Assembly: GCA_016190825.1 (NCBI GenBank)
Contig: JACPPV010000004.1
Location: forward strand, 141-64,140
Direction: 5' to 3'
From: Chloroflexota bacterium
Lineage (GTDB): Bacteria; Chloroflexota; Dehalococcoidia; Dehalococcoidales; UBA2162
Length of the DNA: 64,000 bases
A program made the position numbers and the translations under genes. The notes beneath the pieces were generated by a model. The model saw nothing but the letters and a program-made list of their open reading frames with translations. It made no database searches and had not been told where the DNA came from. Below are positions 48,125 to 57,162 of the stretch, one piece after another; position 1 is the stretch's first letter, and each line of letters starts with the position of its first letter.

Positions 48125-49039
48125 CTACTCTTCAACTGCACAGGCGCCCGGGACTCTGACGAGAAGCGTAGGCACAGTCCCGGAACGTACCACCCGCTCA
48201 GCCACGCTGCCGAGGACCCAGCGGCCAATGCCTGACCTCCCGTGCGTCGCCATCGCGATCATGTCGGCCTTCATTTCTCCGGCAAAGCTGACTATTTCAT
48301 CGGCGGCGTTGCCGAGCTTTACCTCTGAGCTGACTGTCATCTCGGGACGCTCCAGGCGCCTGGCAATCTTATCGAGATAGGCCTTGGCATGCGCGCGGTC
48401 TGACTCAATCTGATTCTCCGGAAAGACCACGTATTGATAACCTTCCGCGGTAAGCGTCTGATAGCCGGTAGACAGCACCTCCAGGAGAACAACTTCCACC
48501 TTGAGCCTGGCAATGAATTCGGCGATGCAGGGAATTGCCGATTCGCTTTCTGTAGAACCATCGAGAGGAATAAGGACGCGGTTCAAAATGCTCCTCTGCC
48601 GAATGTCCGGGCGGGCGCCTTTGGCTCGAATCAGTGCTACTGGCTGAGAAGCCGCCCTCACCACCTTATCAGCTACACTGCCGAGCGCCCACCGCCCGGG
48701 TCCGGAGCGCCCATGGGTTGCCATAACAATCAGGCCTGCCCCCTCTCTGTCTGCAAAGCGCACTATTTCCTCAGCCGGATTCCCAACGAGAACGGTGAAG
48801 CTAACTTTGACTGGTCTTTCTTCCCCGGCCGGAATGTACCTGCTGGCCTCGTGCTTAAAGGTATCTGCAACTTTTTCAAGGTAGAACTGGCGCATGTGCT
48901 CATACTGGCCGTCTACAGTTTCGCTGACATAAATCAAACTGACAGTCGCCCCCAACCTGGCAGCCAGCTCCTCCGCATAGGGCAGGGCTAGTTCGGATAG
49001 CTCAGAGCCATCAAGAGGGACCACTATCTTTTCGTACAT
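48125..49039 (-). CDS. Tandem universal stress protein (two Usp domains)
   Basis: 304 aa. Two ATHGRSG...G-S-V-A motifs. Confidence 0.85.
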   Translation of the reverse strand: MYEKIVVPLDGSELSELALPYAEELAARLGATVSLIYVSETVDGQYEHMRQFYLEKVADTFKHEASRYIPAGEERPVKVSFTVLVGNPAEEIVRFADREGAGLIVMATHGRSGPGRWALGSVADKVVRAASQPVALIRAKGARPDIRQRSILNRVLIPLDGSTESESAIPCIAEFIARLKVEVVLLEVLSTGYQTLTAEGYQYVVFPENQIESDRAHAKAYLDKIARRLERPEMTVSSEVKLGNAADEIVSFAGEMKADMIAMATHGRSGIGRWVLGSVAERVVRSGTVPTLLVRVPGACAVEE

Positions 49040-49112
49040 TTATTTACCTCCATTGTAGCGCGATTATACACCTGCCCCTGAATTAAATCAAGGCACGGAC
49101 AGCGGGAAAAAA

Positions 49113-50021
49113 CTATTTCACCGTTGCCGGCGTTTTCCTCCCGATGAAACGTCCCCATTCGCCTTTCTGCCAGACCACCAGAAGAGAAGGAGCCACGCAG
49201 ATGGAATCGTAAGTGCCGATGATTATTCCGGCGAATAGTACCACCAGAAGGTTCTGGATGGAAGCGCCAACGATCAGAAGAAGGGCGATCACCGGAAGAG
49301 TTGTCGTCAAATTTGTATTCAGGGAACGTCCCAGCGTTTGCACGATGCTGCCGTTTACCGTTGTTTCAAAGTCACCCCTGCCCTGGAGCACGTTTTCACG
49401 TATCCGGTCGAAGATGATTACGATGTTATTTACGCTGTAGCCCAGTATTGCCAGGATGCCGGTCACAAACATCAGGTTAATCTCCCAGCCCAGAAATCTG
49501 CCGAAGAGCGCGAAAAGCCCTACCACCAGCACTATATCATGCAGCAGGGCAATCACAGCGCAAGTTCCGTAGCGGACCGGGTGTGGCATGCGGCGGAAAG
49601 CCCAGGTGAGGTAAAGCAAGATCCCGGCAGCAGCGGCAAGGATAGCGATGGTCGCATAGCGCGTTGTCTCAGCAGCAACGACTGCGGAAATAGTATCGAA
49701 CTCCCCTACCCTGGGGGCGCCAAACCTTGCTTCCAGCCCCTCCAGGAGACTGTTCTTAGCCTGAGTGTCCAGTTCCGGCAGTTGGACCAGGAAATCATCC
49801 TCTCCGGTCCTCTGGACCAGGGCGCTTGTATAACCAAGGCTGGCCAGTTCTCTTTTCAGGTCATCCTGACTCACCTCTTGCTCAAAGCCAACGGTTAGCA
49901 GAGAACCGCTGGTGAATTCGACTCCCGGCCGGAGTCCAAAAACCGCCAGCGAGATAATCCCCGCGAGGAGAGAGATTCCGGATATCAGAAAGAACCAATA
50001 TCTCTTGCCGACAATATTCAT
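49113..50021 (-). CDS. secF: Protein translocase subunit SecF
   Basis: 302 aa. SecF topology and conserved C-terminal TM bundle. Confidence 0.9.
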   Translation of the reverse strand: MNIVGKRYWFFLISGISLLAGIISLAVFGLRPGVEFTSGSLLTVGFEQEVSQDDLKRELASLGYTSALVQRTGEDDFLVQLPELDTQAKNSLLEGLEARFGAPRVGEFDTISAVVAAETTRYATIAILAAAAGILLYLTWAFRRMPHPVRYGTCAVIALLHDIVLVVGLFALFGRFLGWEINLMFVTGILAILGYSVNNIVIIFDRIRENVLQGRGDFETTVNGSIVQTLGRSLNTNLTTTLPVIALLLIVGASIQNLLVVLFAGIIIGTYDSICVAPSLLVVWQKGEWGRFIGRKTPATVK

Positions 50022-50023
50022 GG

Positions 50024-51364
50024 TTATTTTCCCCCCATATGAGGGCTGAATAGCCTCAAGTTTTGTGCCGGCGCCGTGCCGACGAGAAGCCGCAACAGCG
50101 TCCGCGTAACGATGGCCGCCGTAAGCATACTCACCGCAACACCGATGAACAGAGTCAGGGCAAAGCCCTGTACCGCCGGGCTGAATGCGCGCCCCAGCAT
50201 GTACAAAATGGCGCAGGCGATGAAAGTGGTCAGATTACTGTCCCAGATTGCCGTCCAGGCACGGCGAAAGCCAGCCTCAATAGCTCCCCCGAGCGTCCGT
50301 CCAGCAATGAGCTCCTCCTTCATTCTCTCGAAGATAAGTATGTTGGCATCCACCGCCATACCAAAAGATACGATAAAGCCGGCCAGCCCGGCCAGGGTAA
50401 GCGTTACCGGAATAACTTTGTACAACGCGAGGTTGAGCATGGCATAAAAAGCGAGTGCCAGGACTCCCAGGAAGCCGGGAATGCGGTAGTATGCGATCAT
50501 GAATAGCATCACCGCGGCAACCCCGATCAACCCGGCCTTGACGCTCCGGTCAACAAAGTCACTGCCCAGGAAAGGTGAAACCGTCTGGTCCTTGATAATC
50601 TCAAGATTTACCGGCAAGCGTCCGGCGTTAAGCTGCCGCATGAGGCGGGTAGCCTCTGTCAGAGACAGGCCGTTGATTACGCCCCTGCTCGTGATTACTG
50701 CTTGGACGGTCGGAGCGATGGGACGTCCGTCCTCTCCCTCAAGCGCAGCATCCCCCTCGAAAATACCCAGGGGCTGATTGAGCAGGCGGCTGGTAATCTG
50801 CTCCGAGAGTTTGCTCCCTTCGCTATCCCATTCAAAGCGTAGTTCTATTCTGCCAAACTCATCCCGGTCAACGAAGGTATTTTCCCTGAAATAACGGCTG
50901 GTCAACTCCCTCCCTTCACCTTCAATCACCCCGGTAGCCGGCTTCCATCTCCCGCGGATATTCTCCCATTTTGCCGGCGTCACGTTGTCCGTTATCAGCT
51001 CTCCAAATTCGAGCAGCGCCACCCGCGAAAGGCTTTCCTTTTCCTTGTCGGTGACGGTGGTGCCGGGCAGGGCGACCATAATCCTGTCGTTGCCCTGCCT
51101 CTGGATCACTGGCTCAGTGACGCCGAGTGGATTGACCCTGTTCGAGAGGACCTCGATGACTCCCTGGAGCACTTCCCTTTCCGTTCCCGGCGTCACGGAA
51201 GAAAGGTCAGCCTGGTAGAGGACGTATAGACCGCCCTGGAGGTCAAGACCCAGGCGCACCCCCTTTCCCCCCAGTACCCCTTTATCGATGGGGAAGACTA
51301 CCGTCAGCGCCAGCAGAAAGATGAGCGCCACTATAAGAAAAACCAGCCCGTTTCTTCTTGCCAT
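50024..51364 (-). CDS. secD: Protein translocase subunit SecD
   Basis: 446 aa. LGLDLQGG motif. Adjacent to secF. Confidence 0.9.
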   Translation of the reverse strand: MARRNGLVFLIVALIFLLALTVVFPIDKGVLGGKGVRLGLDLQGGLYVLYQADLSSVTPGTEREVLQGVIEVLSNRVNPLGVTEPVIQRQGNDRIMVALPGTTVTDKEKESLSRVALLEFGELITDNVTPAKWENIRGRWKPATGVIEGEGRELTSRYFRENTFVDRDEFGRIELRFEWDSEGSKLSEQITSRLLNQPLGIFEGDAALEGEDGRPIAPTVQAVITSRGVINGLSLTEATRLMRQLNAGRLPVNLEIIKDQTVSPFLGSDFVDRSVKAGLIGVAAVMLFMIAYYRIPGFLGVLALAFYAMLNLALYKVIPVTLTLAGLAGFIVSFGMAVDANILIFERMKEELIAGRTLGGAIEAGFRRAWTAIWDSNLTTFIACAILYMLGRAFSPAVQGFALTLFIGVAVSMLTAAIVTRTLLRLLVGTAPAQNLRLFSPHMGGK

Positions 51365-51405
51365 TTCTCCCTCTAGTATTTACTTGTATAATTAAGCCAT
51401 CTAAT

Positions 51406-51436
51406 GCGCGCCCTTCGACAGGCTCAGGGCGAACGG
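51406..51436. repeat. Type G short repeat (CGCCC-TTCGACAGGCTCA-GGGCG)
   Basis: gcgcgcccttcgacaggctcagggcgaacgg, a 5-bp GC stem. Only one copy lies in the window. Confidence 0.4.
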
Positions 51437-51542
51437 AATTATTTGTATGCCTATTTCTGAAACTAAGCACTAGTTAATTTGAAATCTTATTCGGAACGGT
51501 GCGGAAACATATCCGAAGCCTCGTCCCCGCGAAAACGGGGAA

Positions 51543-51685
51543 CGAAATCCGCAACACGAAACAAATTCTAAACCATAATTCTCCGGAAATATGCGTGGCA
51601 ATTTACCGGGTTCTTTGCGCTGAATCGTTTCAAAAATTCTGGTTTTGGTCATCCGGACTTGTCTCGAATTTCGATATTCGGATTT
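51543..51685. repeat. Type E long inverted-repeat element (AAATCCG..CGAAA arms)
   Basis: Left arm cgaaatccgcaacacgaaacaaattc. Right arm ctcgaatttcgatattcggattt. Shares atttcgatattcggattt with 54741..54863. Confidence 0.55.
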
Positions 51686-51709
51686 AATTCCTCTTGCATT
51701 AACACGGTA

Positions 51710-53245
51710 TTATTGGGCTGAGGTCAATAATTGCCTGATATATTCCACAGCCTCTTCCCTGGTGGTCAGTTCTCCGGCAGCCTGGGCTTCCCGGACTGCC
51801 TCCAGCAGCTCTCCTATTTTCGGACCCGGACTCAAGGCGAATATACTAATCAGGTCGTGCCCGTCCAGGAGCCGGGATGGCGAAACAATGTCTTTCTGTG
51901 TAAACTGCTGGCTGAGAACATATTCTACCACCTGCGCATGCTCCCGCCAATAGGTAAGGTTGATGTTCGGGCCGCGTGTCGCCAGGTGATCGGCGAGACT
52001 CAGGAAAAGGATATCGATTCCGGCGTCCCCGGTATCCCGAAAATAGCGGTACATCGCCCGGCGGGTGGGCGCGGTGGAATCAGGCTGGGTCATCTGGGTG
52101 GGGCGCAGGTGGTGTAAGATTTCAGTCTCGACCAGCTTTATTTCCTTGCCGCTGAACCGCAGCCTTTGAAGTATAGCTGTGGCGATAGCCGCGCCCGTTT
52201 GAGCGTGTCCCAGGAAGCGCGCCCGGCCTCCGGGCTCGGTCGTCTTCGTCTGCGGCTTGCCAATATCATGGAAAAGGGCAGCGAGCTTGACAATCGCCCT
52301 CCGGCTGCCTCCGCCGCTGACTTCCCCTGTGAAATGCCGTGCCAGGGTTTCAGACCATGGCACAACGGACAAAACCGCCTCGCCTTCGTAGTCCCACGTG
52401 CCCTGCCTCAAGAGAAAGTCGAGAGCCATGACCGTCCGGAGTGAGTGCTCAAACACGTCCCAGAAATGCTCGATCGGCTGCTCCACGCCCCGGGCGGCAT
52501 CCAGTTCGGGGAAAATGGCAGGCAGCAGGTCCAGCCTGTCCAGCAGAAACAGGGATTGCCCTGCCCGGGAGGTTGCCAGCATGCCGAGCAACTCGTCTCT
52601 GACCCGCTCACCGGCGATTCCAGCGATAAGACGGGCATCCCCCTGGATCAAGGTCTCAGTTGTTTCGTCAATGGTAAAGCCAAGCTCGGCGGAGAGACGC
52701 ACTGCCCGGAGCAAGCGGGCGGCATCAGCCACAAAAATAGTTTCCGAAACGGCGCGGAGCCGGCCGTGGTGGAGATCGTGCCAGCCGCCCATCGGATCAA
52801 TGAGCCGGGTGAAGTCCGGTCCCCGCAGAAACCCGGCGAGGTCAATAGCCATGGCATTGATGGTGAAATCCCGCCGCGCCAGATCATCATCAATGCTGTC
52901 TTCAAGGGTGGAGAAATCCACCTCCCATTGTTTCCGCACCGATGGAGCGCTCTGGTCCGGGAGCACTACCCGCGCGATCCGGTTTTGATCGTCAAGGAGC
53001 ACGTAGCTTCCACCGAGCGCGGCGGCGGCTCTGCGGGCGGCATCCAGGGCGTCCCCGGCGACGGTCAGGTCAATGTCCGCCGTTTCCTGCCCCAGGAGGA
53101 TATCCCGCACTAGCCCCCCCACAATGTAGGCCTGGATGCCGCCCCGGCCAAGGAAGTTCCCCAGCTTTGCCAGGACGGAAGATAACGGGGCTCTTTCCAG
53201 GCGGGCGAGGCTTTCACGCAGGCTGGCTTCAGGCTGATTGCTCAT
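51710..53245 (-). CDS. cca: CCA tRNA nucleotidyltransferase / poly(A) polymerase family with HD domain
   Basis: 511 aa. GGLVRDILLG, DIDL and HDIGK motifs. Confidence 0.8.
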   Translation of the reverse strand: MSNQPEASLRESLARLERAPLSSVLAKLGNFLGRGGIQAYIVGGLVRDILLGQETADIDLTVAGDALDAARRAAAALGGSYVLLDDQNRIARVVLPDQSAPSVRKQWEVDFSTLEDSIDDDLARRDFTINAMAIDLAGFLRGPDFTRLIDPMGGWHDLHHGRLRAVSETIFVADAARLLRAVRLSAELGFTIDETTETLIQGDARLIAGIAGERVRDELLGMLATSRAGQSLFLLDRLDLLPAIFPELDAARGVEQPIEHFWDVFEHSLRTVMALDFLLRQGTWDYEGEAVLSVVPWSETLARHFTGEVSGGGSRRAIVKLAALFHDIGKPQTKTTEPGGRARFLGHAQTGAAIATAILQRLRFSGKEIKLVETEILHHLRPTQMTQPDSTAPTRRAMYRYFRDTGDAGIDILFLSLADHLATRGPNINLTYWREHAQVVEYVLSQQFTQKDIVSPSRLLDGHDLISIFALSPGPKIGELLEAVREAQAAGELTTREEAVEYIRQLLTSAQ

Positions 53246-53321
53246 TCTGTTCCTTCATGCGACCAGAAATTAACTATACTCTGTGATGGGCGATTTATCA
53301 AGAGCGGCCCCTGCCCCGTTA

Positions 53322-53348
53322 TTGTGAGGGCACCCTCTGTGGTATAAT
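53322..53348 (+). promoter_or_regulatory. Promoter candidate for glnA (extended -10)
   Basis: TTGTGA (53322..53327), 15-nt spacer, TGgTATAAT (-10 at 53343..53348). The near-palindrome GAGGGCACCCTC (53326..53337) lies in the spacer. Confidence 0.35.
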
Positions 53349-53385
53349 CGTTTCAAGAGCATACTGAAGATCAAGGAGGGTACCG

Positions 53386-54735
53386 ATGGCTGCACAGGAT
53401 AGGAGCAGAAATGAAGCCAGCGAATACGTTCTCAAGGTAGCCAAAGAGCACGATGTCAAGTTCATCCGTCTGTGGTTCAGCGATATCCTTGGCATGCTGA
53501 AAAGCTTCGCCATAACCGTCGAGGAATTACAGAGGGCATTGGAAGAGGGGATGGGTTTTGACGGCTCATCCATTGAGGGATTTGCCCGCATTGACGAAAG
53601 CGATATGCTGGCGCTGCCCGACCCTGAAACCTTTCAGATGCTCCCTTGGAGGCCGCGAGAGGAGCACACGGTGGCGAGAATGTTCTGTGATATCCTCAGG
53701 CCAGGCGGTGAGCCTTTTGAGGGCGACCCCCGCTTTGTGCTGAAACGGAATTTGAAACGCGCCGCTGACCAGGGCTATACGTTTTACGTGGGGCCGGAAT
53801 TGGAATACTTCTATTTCAAGGATTCCAATAGCACCGTACCGCTGGATGTTGGAGGCTATTTCGATATGACGCCACTGGATATGGCCACTGACCTCAGGCG
53901 GGAAACGGTTTTGACGCTGGATGAGATGGGCATAGACGTCGAATATTCTCACCACGAGGTGGCGGAAAGCCAGCATGAGATTGATATGCGGTATACCGAT
54001 GCGCTGACCATGGCGGACAACGTCATGACCTATCGTCTGGTGGTAAAGCAAGTTGCCATGAAACACGGCGTCTATGCCACCTTTATGCCCAAGCCAGTTT
54101 TCGGTATGAACGGCAGCGGCATGCACGTTCACCAGTCCCTGTTCAAGGGCAAAACCAACGCCTTTTTTGATCCTGCAGACAAGTATTTTCTCTCGAAAAC
54201 TGCCAAACATTACATTGCCGGGCTATTGAGGCACGCTCCAGAGATTACTGCCATCACCAGCCAGTGGGTCAACTCTTACAAGCGGTTGGTGCCAGGTTAC
54301 GAGGCGCCGGTCTATCTTTCCTGGGCGCGGCGGAATCGGGCTGACCTCATCCGCGTTCCTGAGTATAAGCCGGGACGGGAAGAGGCAACCCGTATTGAAT
54401 ACCGCTCCCCCGACCCTGCCTGTAATCCATACCTCGTCTTCTCGGTAATGCTTGCGGCCGGGCTAGAAGGCATTGAGAAGGAATACGAGGTTCCCGGGCC
54501 AGTCGAGGAGAATGTGTACGAAATGAGTGAAGAGGAAAGGAAGAAGCGCGGAATTGGCACCCTTCCCGCCAGCCTTTCGGAAGCTATCCAGCTTACGGAG
54601 AACAGTCAGGTGGTCAGGAGGGCTTTGGGTGAGCACGTCTTTAACGCCTTCATCAAGAACAAAAAGATTGAATGGGACCTTTACCGCACCCAGGTGACCG
54701 ATTACGAGCTCAAGAGGTATCTGCCAATACTTTAG
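53386..54735 (+). CDS. glnA: Glutamine synthetase, type I
   Basis: 449 aa. Collinear GS-I sequence (FDGSSIEGF, GPELEYF, NGSGMHVHQSL). Confidence 0.95.
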   Translation: MAAQDRSRNEASEYVLKVAKEHDVKFIRLWFSDILGMLKSFAITVEELQRALEEGMGFDGSSIEGFARIDESDMLALPDPETFQMLPWRPREEHTVARMFCDILRPGGEPFEGDPRFVLKRNLKRAADQGYTFYVGPELEYFYFKDSNSTVPLDVGGYFDMTPLDMATDLRRETVLTLDEMGIDVEYSHHEVAESQHEIDMRYTDALTMADNVMTYRLVVKQVAMKHGVYATFMPKPVFGMNGSGMHVHQSLFKGKTNAFFDPADKYFLSKTAKHYIAGLLRHAPEITAITSQWVNSYKRLVPGYEAPVYLSWARRNRADLIRVPEYKPGREEATRIEYRSPDPACNPYLVFSVMLAAGLEGIEKEYEVPGPVEENVYEMSEEERKKRGIGTLPASLSEAIQLTENSQVVRRALGEHVFNAFIKNKKIEWDLYRTQVTDYELKRYLPIL

Positions 54736-54740
54736 TCCTT

Positions 54741-54863
54741 AAATCCGAATCACGAAGTACGAAACTCGAAACAATATCAAAATACGAAAACAGAGAACTT
54801 TTGGTTATTGTTATTTCGGACTTTCGAATTTGTGTTGGATTTCGATATTCGGATTTCGTATTT
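54741..54863. repeat. Type E long inverted-repeat element
   Basis: aaatccgaatcacgaagtacgaaactcgaaacaat (54741..54775) faces attgttatttcggactttcgaatttgtgttggatttcgatattcggatttcgtattt (54807..54863). Confidence 0.6.
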
Positions 54864-54936
54864 GCTCGCCGGGGTAATACGACCAGCACCAGGTCTGTAA
54901 GAGTCTGCGTGGATTCTCTTTGAATAAAGGACTCAG

Positions 54937-55947
54937 ATGGTACAAAGCACCGGCTCCGAAGCTGAAAGAAAGATAATCACCATCCTCAAGGTGCTCAGTG
55001 AATCTTCCGAACCACTGGGTTCGACGACGATTGCCCGGGAACTGGAACGCCATGGGGTCTTCCTCAGCGAGCGGGCGGTAAGATACCATCTGAGGATAAC
55101 GGATGAACGGGGCTTTACCCAGCCTTCCGGGCGTGACGGCCGGATGCTTACCCCGCACGGTCTGGAAGAGCTCAGAATGGCGCTTGCCCCGCAGCAGGTA
55201 GGTTTCATCCTGGAGAAGCTCGAGCTTCTTGCCTTTCGCACCACCTTCGACCCGGCAAAAAGGACCGGCTACCTGCCTATTAACACTTCTATCATTGACA
55301 GCGCTAGCCTGGAAGAAGCGCTGTCAGCCATGCGAGAAATCTTCCGGGCCGGAATCTGCATCAGCGACCGCATTGCCATCGCCGCCGAAGGAGAAAAGCT
55401 TGGCGCAGTGGTAATTCCACCGGGCAAGATCGGCATTGCAACGGTCTGTAGCGTTGCCATAAACGGAGTCCTGCTGAAGGCGGGAATCCCCATTGAGTCA
55501 AAGTTTGGCGGCGTCCTTGAGGTGCAGGCCGGAAAGCCAAAGCGTTTTGTCGCCATAATCAACTATAATGGAACGTCTCTCGACCCTTCGGAGCAGTATA
55601 TCCGCGCCCGGATGACAAGCGTCACTGAAGCGTCCCGGACCGGCAACGGCAAAATACTGGCCAACTTCCGCGAAATACCCGCTCCGGCGCGGGCTGCGGT
55701 TGAAGAGAAACTGGAACAGATGAAAGAAGCGGGTATCGGCGGGGTTTATGCCCTGGGCAATACCAGCGAGCCGATATGCCAGATCGCTGTTGGGCTGAAC
55801 AGGGTGGGGATGGTGCTACTGGGAGGACTTAACCCGATGGCTGCCGTAGTTGAAACCGGGATCGAGGTTGAGAACATCGCGGAGAGCGGGCTAATCGATT
55901 TCCAGCAGCTAAAGAGCTATCGGAATATCATGGCCGAAGAGAAGTGA
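54937..55947 (+). CDS. nrpR: NrpR-like nitrogen regulatory repressor (wHTH + one DUF128/NRD domain)
   Basis: 336 aa. N-terminal wHTH (ILKVLSESSEPLGSTTIARELERHGVFLSERAVRYHLR), then a ligand-domain-like region. Adjacent to glnA. Confidence 0.7.
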   Translation: MVQSTGSEAERKIITILKVLSESSEPLGSTTIARELERHGVFLSERAVRYHLRITDERGFTQPSGRDGRMLTPHGLEELRMALAPQQVGFILEKLELLAFRTTFDPAKRTGYLPINTSIIDSASLEEALSAMREIFRAGICISDRIAIAAEGEKLGAVVIPPGKIGIATVCSVAINGVLLKAGIPIESKFGGVLEVQAGKPKRFVAIINYNGTSLDPSEQYIRARMTSVTEASRTGNGKILANFREIPAPARAAVEEKLEQMKEAGIGGVYALGNTSEPICQIAVGLNRVGMVLLGGLNPMAAVVETGIEVENIAESGLIDFQQLKSYRNIMAEEK

Positions 55948-55965
55948 ATCCATTCGCCTTTCTCC

Positions 55966-56016
55966 CTCGGGTAAATCCCGATTTAACGGGATGAGCCTGC
56001 CGAAGGGGAGATTAAA
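55966..56016. terminator. Nested hairpin between convergent nrpR and ABC ATPase genes
   Basis: Inner ATCCCG/CGGGAT stem, outer TCTCCCTCGG/CCGAAGGGGAGA imperfect stem, no clear T-tract. Confidence 0.3.
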
Positions 56017-56040
56017 AGGGATTTCGAATCACAAATCACC

Positions 56041-57162
56041 CTAGTGTTCGTCGCCCCTGGATTCACCTTCATCACAAACCTCGCTGACGGCCTGCCCGCT
56101 ACCAATGACGTAGCCGCCGGCGCTCCGCTCATCAACAAAGTATGTGATGCGGTGGCCGGGATTCATCCTGAGGGCAACCCTCAGTCCCGGTGGATACTCG
56201 CGGTTGTGATGCTGAAGGCTCCGTATCACCGCGCCGGAAGGCAATCTGATGCTATAAAGGTAGTGGATGCCCTGAAAAATACGGCCGGTAACAATACCCC
56301 TTCCCGTTTCCGCCGGCTCTATATCAATAAAATCGGGGCGGACCATTATTTTCACGATCTGGCCGGCCGGCAATTCTTGCTGGAGCGGTATATGGCCTAC
56401 CTCCGAAATGATCGTTCTGTCCTCAACCTGGCCGGTGAGGAAATCAGCCGTTCCGATGAACTGGGCTACGAACGGCGTCGCCGGACGGTGGAAAATGCCC
56501 TCTGGAGAGTCAATTTGCTCCAGCCGGCCCGCATTCATCACTCCGACGAGGTCACCCATAAAAAGCGCCTCCTCCTGGTCATGGGTGACAAAGACAACGG
56601 TGACGCCGGCACAGGCAAGCACATCCCTCACTTCTACCCTCACCCGGACCCGCAGGTCAGCATCCAGATTGGAAAACGGCTCATCCAGCAACAGTACCGT
56701 GGGCCGCGGCGCCAGCGCCCTAGCCAGAGCCACCCTTTGCTGCTGTCCGCCGGAAAGCTGGTGCGGCATTCGATGTTCCAGCCCCCTGAGACCGACCAGG
56801 GAAAGCACCTCTTCCACCCGCCTCGGGCGGTTCGAATCCCTCCGCACCCCGAAGGCCACATTAGCGCCCACGTCCATATGAGGAAAAAGGGCGTAGTCCT
56901 GGAAAACAAGACCCACCCGCCGCTTCTCCGGCGGCACGAACACTTCCTTCCCGGCCACAATCCGCTCTCCCACCTCAATTGTGCCGCTGTCCGGCCTTTC
57001 CAGACCGGCAATAAGGCGCAGCAGCGTAGTCTTGCCGCAGCCGCTGGGTCCCAGCAGCGCCAGGAATTTCCCCTCTTCCAACTCCAGGCTCATATCCTGC
57101 AGCGCACTGGAATCACCGAATTTCTTGTTAATTTCGGTGCACCGCACCGCCAACCTATTCAA
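56041..57162 (-). CDS. ABC transporter ATP-binding protein (FbpC/PotA type)
   Basis: 373 aa. GPSGCGKTT and LSGGQQQRVALARAL. C-terminal TOBE-like region. Confidence 0.9.
   Translation of the reverse strand: MNRLAVRCTEINKKFGDSSALQDMSLELEEGKFLALLGPSGCGKTTLLRLIAGLERPDSGTIEVGERIVAGKEVFVPPEKRRVGLVFQDYALFPHMDVGANVAFGVRRDSNRPRRVEEVLSLVGLRGLEHRMPHQLSGGQQQRVALARALAPRPTVLLLDEPFSNLDADLRVRVRVEVRDVLACAGVTVVFVTHDQEEALFMGDLVGVMNAGRLEQIDSPEGIFHRPATPFVAQFIGTADFLTGQVEDRTIISEVGHIPLQQELPAGQIVKIMVRPDFIDIEPAETGRGIVTGRIFQGIHYLYSIRLPSGAVIRSLQHHNREYPPGLRVALRMNPGHRITYFVDERSAGGYVIGSGQAVSEVCDEGESRGDEH

Noticed and set aside
51543-54863. Calling the type E elements bona fide MITEs or mobile elements.
   Set aside because: Terminal inverted repeats are present. 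However, I cannot identify target-site duplications or a cognate transposase, so they are annotated as repeats only.
53246-54936. Methanogen-type NrpR operator GGAA-N6-TTCC near glnA or nrpR.
   Set aside because: I scanned both upstream regions by eye and found no such motif. Only a short GAGGGCACCCTC near-palindrome was seen, and it is reported at low confidence.
56829-56839. GGTTCGAATCC, a tRNA T-loop-like 11-mer.
   Set aside because: It lies inside the ABC ATPase coding region with no acceptor or anticodon stems around it. I found no tRNA cloverleaf in any intergenic gap.
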